A stretch of DNA of 64,000 nucleotides from Mobula birostris (Eukaryota): the NCBI RefSeq assembly GCF_030028105.1, contig NC_092395.1, positions 43,862,459-43,926,458 of the forward strand. Direction: 5' to 3'. The stretch's first letter is position 1, and every line of letters starts with the position of its first letter. Shown here piece after piece: positions 25,232 to 36,192 of the stretch. Below the pieces are notes generated by a model. It saw only the letters and a program-made list of their open reading frames with translations, ran no database searches and was not told the origin of the DNA. The position numbers and the translations under genes were made by a program.

Positions 25232-26213
25232 CTGGATCGGGAACAATAGGAGACATATTTCAGGTCAACAATCATCTCGTGGCATTTCACTGTGGGTGGA
25301 AGCGCGAACTGAATGTTCCAGCTTTCAAGAATGGGGCACAGGGTTTCACCAGGGAACAGCCCTTAGCCTACGGAGGGCTGTGCGGAGGTCAACACTGAAG
25401 GAAGAGACATTTGCTGTCAAATCCCTTTTTGAGGGTTGCCCTGGTGAGTCCCTGGAATGCATAATCACCATTTCGGTGACTTCACCTCCAGCTGTCTGGG
25501 TGCGCCACCAATGACACGTGCCCAGCCCTTTGCCACATCCATTCATCACTAATGCGCCCTGCCACCAATGCCACCCACAGCTCTAAACAGAGTAAACCTG
25601 TTTCATATTCTGCGCTTACCCAGTGTGCAGGGCAACATATGCGCGATCCTGAGTTTAACAGCTGGTTTACGGAAGTCACGCTGTGACGATGCAGAAGCAA
25701 TTAGTCTGGGCGAAGGAAGGTCGGATTCTCCACAGACCCGGACCTCCGCCCTTAGTCGGTGCAGCGACCAGAATCACTGAGCGGCCGTAGCCCAAAAGGA
25801 GCAGCGCTCGATGGAGAAGATGGCAGGAGAGAGGAGGCAAAGACGAAACAATTGGATGGGCGTCTACAGGAGTCTTCCACCTGGACCGGGAGGACTGGAA
25901 GTTCAGTGAAAGTACGGGGGTTGTTTCACTGAAGCGTCCCGATACAATTACTGAAACTTCTGGTTCTGTTGTCTTAACAACAGCGGGCTTACTTCAATCG
26001 GCTACATTATGTCCTCAATGATAACTCGTGCCGCATTTTGGGAACCTGGTATTTCTCACGCTGGCTTCCAACAAGCCCACGCAAAAGCGACCAACCTGAC
26101 AGGACTGGAACCGCGCAAACACAGAGACGGGCGTTCAATTCACCAATAAATAATAATGTATAAATTAGTAATTGTAAGGTGACCATATTCAAGACTGCTA
26201 GTAATTGTAGGAG

Positions 26214-28937
26214 GGATTTATGATGCAGTGGCCAATACAGAGACTTGGCTGGCACAAGGGCTGGAATGGATTCTCAATATTCCTGGATTTCAGTTCTTTA
26301 AAAGGGATGGGGTGGGGGGAGGAGAGGGGAGGAGGGGTGACATTACTGGTCAGGGATACTATTACAGCTACAGAAAGGGTGGGTAATGTAGCAGGATCCT
26401 CTTTTGAGTCAGTATGGGTGGAAGTCAGGAACAGGAAGGGAGCAGTTACTCTATTGGGAGTATTCTATAGGCCGCCTGGTAGCAGCAGAGATACCGAGGG
26501 GCAGATTGGGAGGCAGATTTTGGAAAGCTGCAAAAATAACAGGGTTGTTATCATAGGTGACTTTCCCTCGTATTGATCAGCACCTGATTTGTTCCAGTGG
26601 TTCAGACGGGGCAGAGTTTGTTAAGTGTGTACAGGACGGACTAGTCACAGAATGTTGACAGGCCTACTAGGGGGAGTGCCATACTAGATCTAGTTTTAGG
26701 TAATGAACCCAGTCAGGTCACAGAACACTCAGTGGGTGAGCATCTGGGTGACAGTGACCACCGCTCCATAGACTTTAACATTATCATGGAAAAGGATAGA
26801 ATCAGCGAGGACAGGAAACATTTTAATTGCTAATGGGCAAATTATGAGGCTATAAGGCTAGAACTTGCGGGTGTGAATTGGGATGATGTTTTTTGCAGGG
26901 AAATATACTATGGAAATCTGGTCGATATTTAGGGATCTCTTGCAGTATGTTAGCGATAAATTTGTCCCGGTGAGGAAGATGAAGAATGGGAGGGTGAAGG
27001 AACCATGGGTGACAAGTGAGGTGGAGAATCTAGTCAGGTGGAAGAATGCAGCATACATGAGGTTCAGGAAGCAAGGATCAGATAGGTCAATTGAGGAATA
27101 TAGGGTAGCAAGAAAGGAGCTTAAGAAGGGGCTGAGGAGAGCAGGAAGGGGGCATGAGAAGGCCTTGGCGAGTAGGGTAAAGGAAAACCCCAAGGAATTA
27201 TTCAATTATGTGAAAAACAGAAGGATGACAGGAGTGAAGATAGGACCGATTAGAGATAAAGGTGGGGAGACGTGCTTGGAGGCTGTGGAAGTGAGCGTGG
27301 TCGTCAATGAATACTTCTCTTCAGTGTTCACCAATGAGAGGGAACTTGATGACGGTGAGGACAAAATGAGTGAGGTTGATGTTCTGCAGCCTGTTGATAT
27401 GAAGGGAGAGGAGGTGTTGGAGTTGTTAAAATACATTAGGACGGATAAGTCCCCGGGCCTGACGGAATATTCCCCAGGCTGCTCCACGACGCGAGAGAAG
27501 AGATTTTTGAGCTTCTGGCTAGGATCTTTATGTCCTCGTTGTCCACGGGAATGGTAGCAGAGGATTGGAGGGAGGCAAATGCTGTCCCCTTGTTCAAAAA
27601 AAGTAGTAGGGATAGTTTAGGTAATTACAGACCAGTGAGCCTTATGTCTGTGGTGGGAAAGCTGTTGGAAAAGATTCTTAGATATAGGATCTATGGACGT
27701 TTAGAGAATCATGATCTATTCAGGGACAGTCAGCATGGCTTTGTGAAGGGCAGATCGTGTATCACAAGCCTGATAGAGTTCTTTGAGGAAGTGACCAGGC
27801 ATGTAGATGAGGGTAGTGCAGTGGATGTGATCTATATGGATTTTAGTAAGGCATTTGACAAGGTTCCACACGGTAGGCTTATTTAGAATGTCAGAAGGCA
27901 TGGGATACAGGGAATTTTGGCCAGGTGGATTCAGAATTGGCTTGCCTGCAGAAAGCAGAGGGTCGTGGTGTGGGGAGTACATTCAGATTGAAGGGTTGTG
28001 ACTAGTGGTGTCCCACAAGGTTCGGTTCTGGGACCTCTACTTTTCGTGATTTTTAACGACGTGGATGTGGGTGTAGAAGAGTGGGTTGGCAAGTTTGTAG
28101 ACGACACAAAGGTTGGTAGTGTTGTGAATAGTGTAGAGGATTGTCGCAGATTGTATAGAGACATTGATAAGATGCCGAAATGGGCTGAGAAGTGGCAGAT
28201 GGAGTTCAACCCGCAGAAGTGTGTGCTGGTACACTTTGGAGGAGCAGAGGGATCTCGAGGTACATGTCCACAGATCCCCGAAGGTTGCCTCACAGGTAGA
28301 TAGGGTAGTTAACAATGCTTATGCAATGTTAGTTTTCATAAGTCGAGGGATACAGTTTGAGACACGAGGTAACGATGCAGCTCTATAAAACTCTGGTTAG
28401 GCCACACTTGGAGTACTGTGTCCAGTTCTGGTCGCCTCACTATAGGAAGGATGTGGAAGCATTGGAAAGGGTACAGAGGAGATTTACCAGGATGCTGCCT
28501 GATTTAGAGAGTATGCATTATGATCAGAGATCAGGGGAGCTAGGGCTTTACTCTATGCAGAGAAGAAGGATGACAGGAGACATGATAGAGTTATACAAGC
28601 TATTCAGAGTCATACACAGAGTTGACAGCCAGCGCCTCTTCCCCAGGGCACCACTGCTCAGTACAAGAGGACATGGCTTTAAGGTAGGGGGTGGGAAGTT
28701 CAAGGGGGATATTAGAGGAAGGTTTTTTTTTACTCAGAGAGTGGTTGGTGCGTGGAATGCACTGCCTGAGTCAGTGGTGGAGGCAGATACACCAGTGAAG
28801 TTAAAGAGACTACTGGACAGGTATATGGAGGAATTTAAGGTGGGGGGGGTTATATAGGAGGCAGGATTTAAGGGTCGGCACAATATTGTGGGCCGAAGGG
28901 CCTGTACTATGCTGCGCTGTTTTATGTTCTATGTTCT
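26214..28937 (+). mobile_element. 5'-truncated CR1 LINE (endonuclease to RT to 3' tail) inside the cluster 2 J-C intron
   Basis: [30 protein letters not shown] and WSPHYRKD motifs; tatgttctatgttct tail; both junctions fixed by comparison with the cluster 1 empty site. Confidence 0.93.
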
Positions 28938-28954
28938 ATTTTCCTGTCACTTAC

Positions 28955-29311
28955 CTGCAACGAAGAGCTTGGTCCCTGGGCCGAACAAGTAAATACTGCC
29001 CGATGAAATCCACTTTGCGCAGTAATAAATAGCCGCGTCATTCAGCTCCACATTTCTAATGTTTAGCTGGTGAACGGTGCCGGCACTTTTGGTTGTCGAC
29101 GTGAAACGGTCGCTTCTAAACCCAGGCCCGTAGGTCGGCTCAGTATGTGTGTGATAATACCGGAGAAACAATTTTGGGGTTGTTCCCGGTGTCTGCTTGT
29201 ACCATTATACATGATAGCTATCCTTTGTTCCGATGTTACATTCCAGCGTGGCCGTGGCTCCTGGACTCACCGACACGGTCGGAGACTGAGTCAGAGTCTG
29301 GGACTCTCCAA
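28955..29311 (-). pseudogene. Pre-joined (germline-joined) VJ exon of a sigma-like Ig light chain, with an in-frame stop
   Basis: Single frame GESQTLTQSPTVSVSPGATATLECNIGTKDSYHV*WYKQTPGTTPKLFLRYYHTHTEPTYGPGFRSDRFTS...DAAIYYCAKWISSGSIYLFGPGTKLFVAG|gtaagt. No RSS between YYC and FGPG; TAA at 29207-29205. The YYH...YGxGFxSxRFTS and YYCxxW motifs match sigma (teleost L2/Xenopus sigma) V domains as I recall them. Confidence 0.93.
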
Positions 29312-29414
29312 CTGTAAAAGACAGGAATTCAACTTTACCCATTGACTCTTTAATGTGATCCCAAAAGCCCGTAACGTCACGCGCTGGCGGCGCAGTCATG
29401 CTGCCTGTACTTTC

Positions 29415-29463
29415 AGCCCAGCCAAGTTACCAGAGACCAGAAAAAGCACAGCGTTCGTATCAT
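29415..29463 (-). pseudogene. Leader exon of the cluster 2 V with a mutated splice donor
   Basis: ATG ATA CGA...GGC T = MIRTLCFFWSLVTWLG, 49 nt, phase 1; followed by GAAAGTAC instead of GTAAGT; 103-bp intron to the acceptor at 29312. Confidence 0.88.
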
Positions 29464-29542
29464 TGTTGTTCGTCAGTTTCCTGTCTTCCTTCAGCCGCTG
29501 GATCTGTGACAGACTGTGGCCACCGTTGCCGGTGTTGCCTAG

Positions 29543-29584
29543 TTATAGAGTCATTCATACCGGGGCGGAAACCCATGCAAATCA
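29543..29584 (-). promoter_or_regulatory. Ig light-chain V promoter: decamer/octamer and TATA
   Basis: TGATTTGCAT at 29584-29575 and TATAA at 29547-29543, about 80-110 nt upstream of the ATG. Confidence 0.88.
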
Positions 29585-29819
29585 GAGCGACTCACACTGA
29601 CCAACCAGTGCATGGATTTGAAACGCTGCTATTCACAGTCACACGCCGTCGGAATGAATCGGTGTCACCATAGTGAAAGGGCAGATCTGTTCATAAAAAA
29701 TGAACGAGCGGGTCGTTCTTTGTCTGATATTTCCCACTTTTGCACTGAAGGAGGCAGGTACGAGGCTCTGTACCCTCGTTCGCCGCCAGCATATGTGTAA
29801 CCTACAACCCTCTGATCTA

Positions 29820-30350
29820 CAGACTCTGATCCTCTGATGCTCCGAAGGACTACTGCATAGGCTGGATAGTCTCCTGACTAATTAAAGGGGAATCACCATA
29901 TGGAGCCTCATGGGGAGCAATAGTGCCATATTTCTGTGTGTTTTAAAAGTTTATCTCACTGAATATCACAATAATTATTAATGCTTTACACTGTTTCTTC
30001 CTTTGTACATTCTTCTGAAATCTAGCAATTGTGGAAAGATCATTACTGCTGTCTCCACAATCTTTTCAGAACCCTGGGGTGTAATCCATCTGATCTGATT
30101 TATGGACCCTCAGACCTTTCAGCTTCCCAAGCCCCTTCTACTTAGAAATAACAACTGAACTCACTTCTGCCCCCTGACGCTTACGAATTTCTGACATACT
30201 TCTTCGGTCTTCCACAGTGAAGACTGATACAAAATACTGAAGTTCATCTGCCATTTCCTTTCCCCCATTACTATGTCTCCAGCATCGTTTTCCAGCTGTC
30301 TGCTATCCACTCTCATCTCTTTTTTATTCTTTGTACACTTGAAAAACTTT
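29820..30350 (-). mobile_element. CR1 LINE fragment
   Basis: Reverse-strand CR1 ORF2 tether-region remnants (DAGDIVMGERK...). Confidence 0.7.
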
Positions 30351-31480
30351 TGGTATCCACCTTTCTGGACTACACTTCTGCCCACCCACTGACTTGTAAA
30401 AATAACATCCTCTTCTCTCAGTTCCTCCGTCTTCGCTGCATTTGCTCTCAGATTAAGGCTTTCAATCCAGATCAACTGAGATGCCCCCTTTCTTCAAAGA
30501 AAGGTGCTTCTCTTCCTCCCTTATCAACGCTGCCCTCATTCATATCTCTTCCATTTTGCATACATTTGCCCTTATTCATATCTCTTCCATTTTGCACACA
30601 TCTGCCCTCACCCCTTCTGCTCACCGTCACAGCAGGGAAATGGTTCCTCTTATCCTCACCTTCCACCTCAGTTGATTTCACGTCCAGCATGCAGTTCTCT
30701 GTGAATTACAACATAGCCAATGACATTACTACAACCAAGCACATCTTTTCCTCACCCCCCCCCCCCAACGGTCTGTTTCCCTCAGGGATCATTCCCTACG
30801 TGACTCCCATGTCCACGCATTCATCCCCACTGATCTCTGTCCTGGTACTTCCTATTGCAAACGCAGCAAGTGCCACACCTCCTCCCCCGTTACCATTCAA
30901 GGCACAAAGCAATCCTTAGCAGTGAGCTGACATTTCACCCACGCGTTAATTAGTGTCATCCACTTTATCTAGTGCTCCCGGTGTGGCTTCCTGCATGTCG
31001 GCGAGGCCTGATGTGGACTGGCATACCACTTCACTGAGCACCCTCATTCTCTCTTCCACAAAAAATGGGATCTCCCAGTGGCTACCCATTTCAATTCTCT
31101 TTCCCAAACACATTCTGACAAGTCAGTCCATGGCCTTTTCCTCTGCCTCAAAGAGCTCACACTCAGGTTAGAGGATCAACACATTATATTCCATCTGGGT
31201 AGCCATCAACCTGATAGGATGAACATCAATTTCTATAAGTTCTTCTAATTGCCCACCCCTCCTCCACCTTTATCCATTCCTACTTCCCTCTCTCATCTCT
31301 CACCTTATCAACTTACATGCCCATCGCCTTCCACTGGTGCTCCTTCCCTTTCCCGTTCTTCCAAGGTATTTTATCCTTTCCGATCAAAATCAATGGTTCA
31401 ATGGTTCAATTTGATATATGAATATATGCAACCTGAAATTCTTACTCTTCACAGACATCCACGAAACGGAAGAAAAACCG
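30350..31480 (+). mobile_element. Penelope-like element fragment
   Basis: LDYTSAHPLTCKNNILFSQFLRLRCICS (RT C-terminus), followed by GIY-YIG remnants. Confidence 0.8.
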
Positions 31481-32735
31481 CAAAGAATGAATGACAGGAA
31501 AATGTTAGAACCCCAATATGCCGCCCCCACGCAGCAGCAAATCTTCTCCCACCTCTATCCCCACCTGCCTCAGCAAAAGCATTAGCTCACTGCCCACCCG
31601 TCATGCAAGCGAAAACAAAGTCCCCAATGTGATCATGATCCAGCTTGCATCAAACACTACTGTTCATCCCAACACATCGACATCTAAAGGCCCTTTCTCA
31701 TACTAACGAGGGAGAGAAAGGTTTCACTCCTGGCACAGAGAGAGGGAGACCAATAGCTCGCTGGTTTTGATGTTGCAGTCTTCACGCGCTATTCTCCAGA
31801 CCTTTATCTCTTTCACCAATCAGCGTCCAGCTCTTTACCTTCCCCCACCCTCCCGGTTTCACCTGCCGCCTGCCACCTTGCTCCGCTCCCCCCACCTTCT
31901 TACCCTGACGTCACCCCGTCTTTCCCAGTACTCATGAAGGGTCTCGGCCCAAATCGTTGACTGTTTACTCTTTTTGATTGATGCTACCTGACCTTCTCGG
32001 TTCCTCTGGCATTTCATCTGCGCGTTGCTTTAGATTTCCAGCATCTGCAGATTTCTTTGTGTCTGTATGCCCTGGCACAATAATGGGGAGATACCTAACA
32101 TACCCAACACTATCGCAGCAGAAAGAAATTCTTTATCAGCACAGGCATAGAAGTGGTTGTCGCCAACACACATAACTAATGTATCAGTACGTGTGATGTG
32201 AACAAATGTAATCACGGATTCATAGACAAATTACTGAATTCCAGATGTGCGGCAAGAGCGACAGGCCTTAACATGAAAGAAGCAATGACCACAAAGCCTC
32301 TTGGACCGTTGTGAAAATTGTGTTGATTTAAAAAAAAACAAAAACTTTCCAAAGCTTGGTGTCATGCACCGTGGAAATATCTTGCCACTCAGAAGCGGCC
32401 TCTGTCCAGATGGGAGTTTAAACTCTTTGAAATTAAATGTTTCAATGATTGGATTATGCGATGACAGCGAATCAAGGAGGGGGTGCTTTCACATTACATC
32501 TTATTTTCAATAACGCACATCCATAAGTACAGGACGTTGCTTGTTCTCTCCTGTTTGTGGTGCAATATGTCCTTAATTTTAGATCTAATATTGGGTTCAC
32601 TATTCACAGATTGTAGTCATTTCTGTCATGCATCAGCTGAGGCATTTAGACTAGTCCTACGAACGGTTGTGCTCACGAAACATCTCGAGTTTAACAAGGG
32701 AAGGAATTCTATCAATAAGAATTGGTTAACTAGAT

Positions 32736-35349
32736 CAGGGTTCCTCAATCCAGGTTCCGCCAGAACTCGTGATAAATAAATTAAAAAATAAATTAAGATT
32801 ATTCAACTTCGAGCAACACGCGATGCTGGCGCTCGCAGTGGCGGACAGTGGCCGAGCAGCCCCGTTAGCAAACTCGTTAGAGGTCTGTCAGTGCAGTCGG
32901 ATCGCGTTTATTTAGTTGAGTTCATTCTCAGTTTTTAACGCGAGGTAGGGGAGGCCATTGATAATTGGTGAGCACTGTATTGCGGGGTGGGGGGGGGGAC
33001 AGTGGCTGATAATTGGTGAGCCCTGCATTGCATGGAGGGGAGGACTCCATGATAAGCAGCGTGACGAGCGTTTTCCATGCATTTAATTGACTCACCCAAT
33101 TTCATATTTTTATTAACGCAGTCACACAGTTGCTGAGAACCTAATAATGCCAGCATATAAAATTATCGTTGGTATAACGCAAGATGTAGTACGAGAAATG
33201 GAAAAGGTTTCACGCTCAATGATGATGGTGGCTGGTTCTTCGCTTGCCAGGATCAGGTGGTAAGAAGAGTTCACAGGAGGGATAGCAGGATCGTTGGTGT
33301 CTCTCGAGGCCAATGCTGGATCTGCAGACTCCGGCGCTGTAGGCACACCGGAACAGCTTGGATGCGAGCGCTTGCATAGTAGGACCTATCCTGCGTGTCC
33401 TCTTCTCTTCAGCAGTCGCTCATCTGGATCCCTCAAAATTCTTGGCCGCCCCGAGGTTCAACGTTCTCCTGCGGTCTCTGTCACAAGCCAGCACCTGCCA
33501 CTCTTTGACCTCGATAGTTGCCTGAGGGCGCTACTGCTTAAGTTGGTCTTTGTATCTCTTGCACGGGGCACCACGATCTCTTCAGCCCTGAGAGAGTTTT
33601 CCGTAGAGTACTGTCTTCGGTAACCCGGAGTTGTCCCTGCGAGACGCGTGGTCTGGCCACCGGAGCTGCCTGAGCAGCAAAGTGACTTCAGTGCATGGAG
33701 GTTGAGCCTTGTCCAGGTCCTCGTTGTTGAAGCCACGATCCTGCCAGCTGATACCCGTGATGGATCGTAGCCAGCCCTGATGGAAGCGCTCGAGCAACAC
33801 GATTTGCTTGCGGTACATGACCCAGGCGTTCGAGCTGTATAGCAGTGTTCTGGTGACCGCAGCCCTGTACACCTGATTTTTGTGGACACGCGCAGCTGCT
33901 CATTTTAACACGCACGATTCTGGACGCGCCCAACGGCACTGGTAGCTGTGGCGAGTCGATTGCTAACATCCCTTACTACAGTAGCGTCGTTGGAAATAAC
34001 GCTGCCCAGGAAGGTGAACTGCTCAACGGTGGTGAGAGGGTGGTCGTCAGTGTTGATTCGAGGTATATTGTAAACGCCACGAGGGGGCTTCTGATGCAGG
34101 ATCATTGCTTTCTTCAGGTTTACCATTAACCCGAATGCTCTTGCAGCCTTGGCGATCTGAGTGACTGCAGCCTGTAGCCCGTCCTCTGTGAGCATGAGAA
34201 TAGCACAGTCGTCCGCATATAGTAGTTTCTGAACGTGTTATTGCATGTTTTGTTCTTCGATTGAGAATGCTGCCACTCTCAAACAGTGCGATAGTTCGAC
34301 GTATTGATTGCATGTCGCATGATGCTGAAGAGATGTGTGATAAACTGAAAAAAAAACAACAGCTTCTGTATCCAGGTTGATGAGGAAACAGATTTCACCA
34401 ATGAATAACATGTTGTAGCATTTGTAAGATTTGTAAATGATGATGACATTAAAAAAAGCAAAAATCCTGTTGCAAAGAGCTGCCGGAAACAAAGAAAGGC
34501 CAAGATATGTTTAAAGTTTTGTCTTCAGATCTGGAAACAAATGGTCTGCCTTAGAGGAACCGTGTTGGCATCTGTACTGATGCTGCCCCATCAATGGCTC
34601 CTTCCATTAGAGGTTTCATTTCTCCTGTAAAAAAAAATAAAATCCTGATAGTGTCACAGCTCACTGCTTTCTTCAGATGTCAAAAACTCTTGGAGATGAA
34701 ATGAAAAATGTTTTGGATGATGTTACAAAAATGTTTTATATTATTAATTGATGACCATTTTACTCAAGAATGTTTAAAATACTGTGTGAAAATCTGGACA
34801 AAGAACACATCAATCTCCTACTACACACAGAAATCCAGTGGTTTAGAATTCTTAACAGGATATTTGAGCTGAAAATTGAAATGCAGCAGTACTTTCAATA
34901 AAATAGTAGGCCAGATTTTGCTGAGTGCTTTGAAAATGAAGAATGGCAGCAGAAACTAGCCTACTTAGCATACATTTTTCCTCATATAGATGAGTTGAAC
35001 AAGTCTCTGCAAGGCCCCGTTTAAAATAATTTGATTTCAAGTAACAGGATTCTTGGATTTAAAAGGAAACTGAATCTTTGGAAAAATCATGTTGCAAAAG
35101 GAAATCTTGAAATATTTCCATTGCTGCTTGGGCGTGAGAGTGAGAAAGGATCAGAAAGCCTCTGATCTCATTGAAAACCACCTGCAGAAAAAATCGTTGG
35201 CAATTACTTTGGGATTATTATATCTACAACTTACTGATCACACTAATGTACTCTGAACTGTAGATATAATTAATTTTATGCAGATGTTCCCTGAGACCTG
35301 TAAATTATTTCAAGGGTTCCTTTAGGGCAAAACTGGATGAGAAAGACTG
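32736..35349 (+). mobile_element. Degenerate hAT (Charlie-like) DNA transposon
   Basis: 34270-35150 translates in pieces to PLSNSAIVRRID, IQVDEETD, GICTDAAPSM and HCFL; ends cagggttcctcaatcc and ggatgagaaagactg are imperfect inverted repeats. Confidence 0.75.
33360..34230 (-). mobile_element. RTE-clade LINE 3' fragment nested in the hAT element
   Basis: LLYADDCA, FTFLGSVISND, LLYSSNAW, LERFHQ and LYGKLSQG motifs. Confidence 0.88.
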
Positions 35350-35724
35350 CCCTATAGTCTAGAACATTGAGGGGAGCGTTGATCGAGGTATATAAAATTA
35401 AGAGAGGTGTAGCTAGGTTAAACGGAAGCAGTTTTTTTTTTCACTGAGGCTTGGGTGAGCCAACATCTAGAAGTGAAAGGTGAAATGCTTAAGGGAAACC
35501 TGAGGGATAACTTCTTTTGGAGGAACGAGCTGCCAGCACAAGTGGTGGATGCAATTCAGATTTCAATATTTAAGAGAAATTTGGTTAGAACGGACATTGG
35601 GGTTATGGTCGGAGTGCAGGTCGATGGGACTAGACAAATTAAATGGATCGGCACACAGTACCTGGACTGAAGGCCTGTTTCTGTGCTCTGACTCCGTGAC
35701 TAAATAAGCGTTAATTGTGGAATC

Positions 35725-36050
35725 AGACCTGGTGGTATTGATCTGGGACAGACCATTAACATTGATTCACTTGTCCTTACAATAATCTTTGTGGATTTAT
35801 GGCACTGTTGTGGTGCCTTTAGATGTCTGCTGCAGGTAAGTTAGAGCACAGATGTATCTCAGAGGACAGAAATCTCTGCCACCTGGTGAACTGTGAGTTG
35901 TGTGAGAGGATTGAGGTCTGGATCTTAAAATACCCTCATCCTTAGTCAACCAAATTGTTTTCCGGCTCATTAATGGCAGTGCTGACTTTCATCATTAATG
36001 TCTGTCTTCACTGAGTGGTGATTCCTGCGATCAAGGAAGAGTTTACGGCT
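35725..36050 (-). pseudogene. Paralog of the 6.5-7.0 kb block (possible V-like relic with upstream region)
   Basis: ctggtgaactg.gagtt and tgactttcatca.taatgtctg..ttcactgagt are shared with 6830-6950; acceptor-like ctgtcctctgag| at 35858. Confidence 0.35.
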
Positions 36051-36192
36051 TGAACAATGCAGTTTGGTGGAGGGTTTTTGTCTTGTGAATATTGAGTGTA
36101 AGGTTCATTCTACTGCATTCCATAACAAAATTGTGAGCAATGCTTTGGAGCACAGCCTCTGAGTATGTACAATGCTGCAATCAACTGCATAT

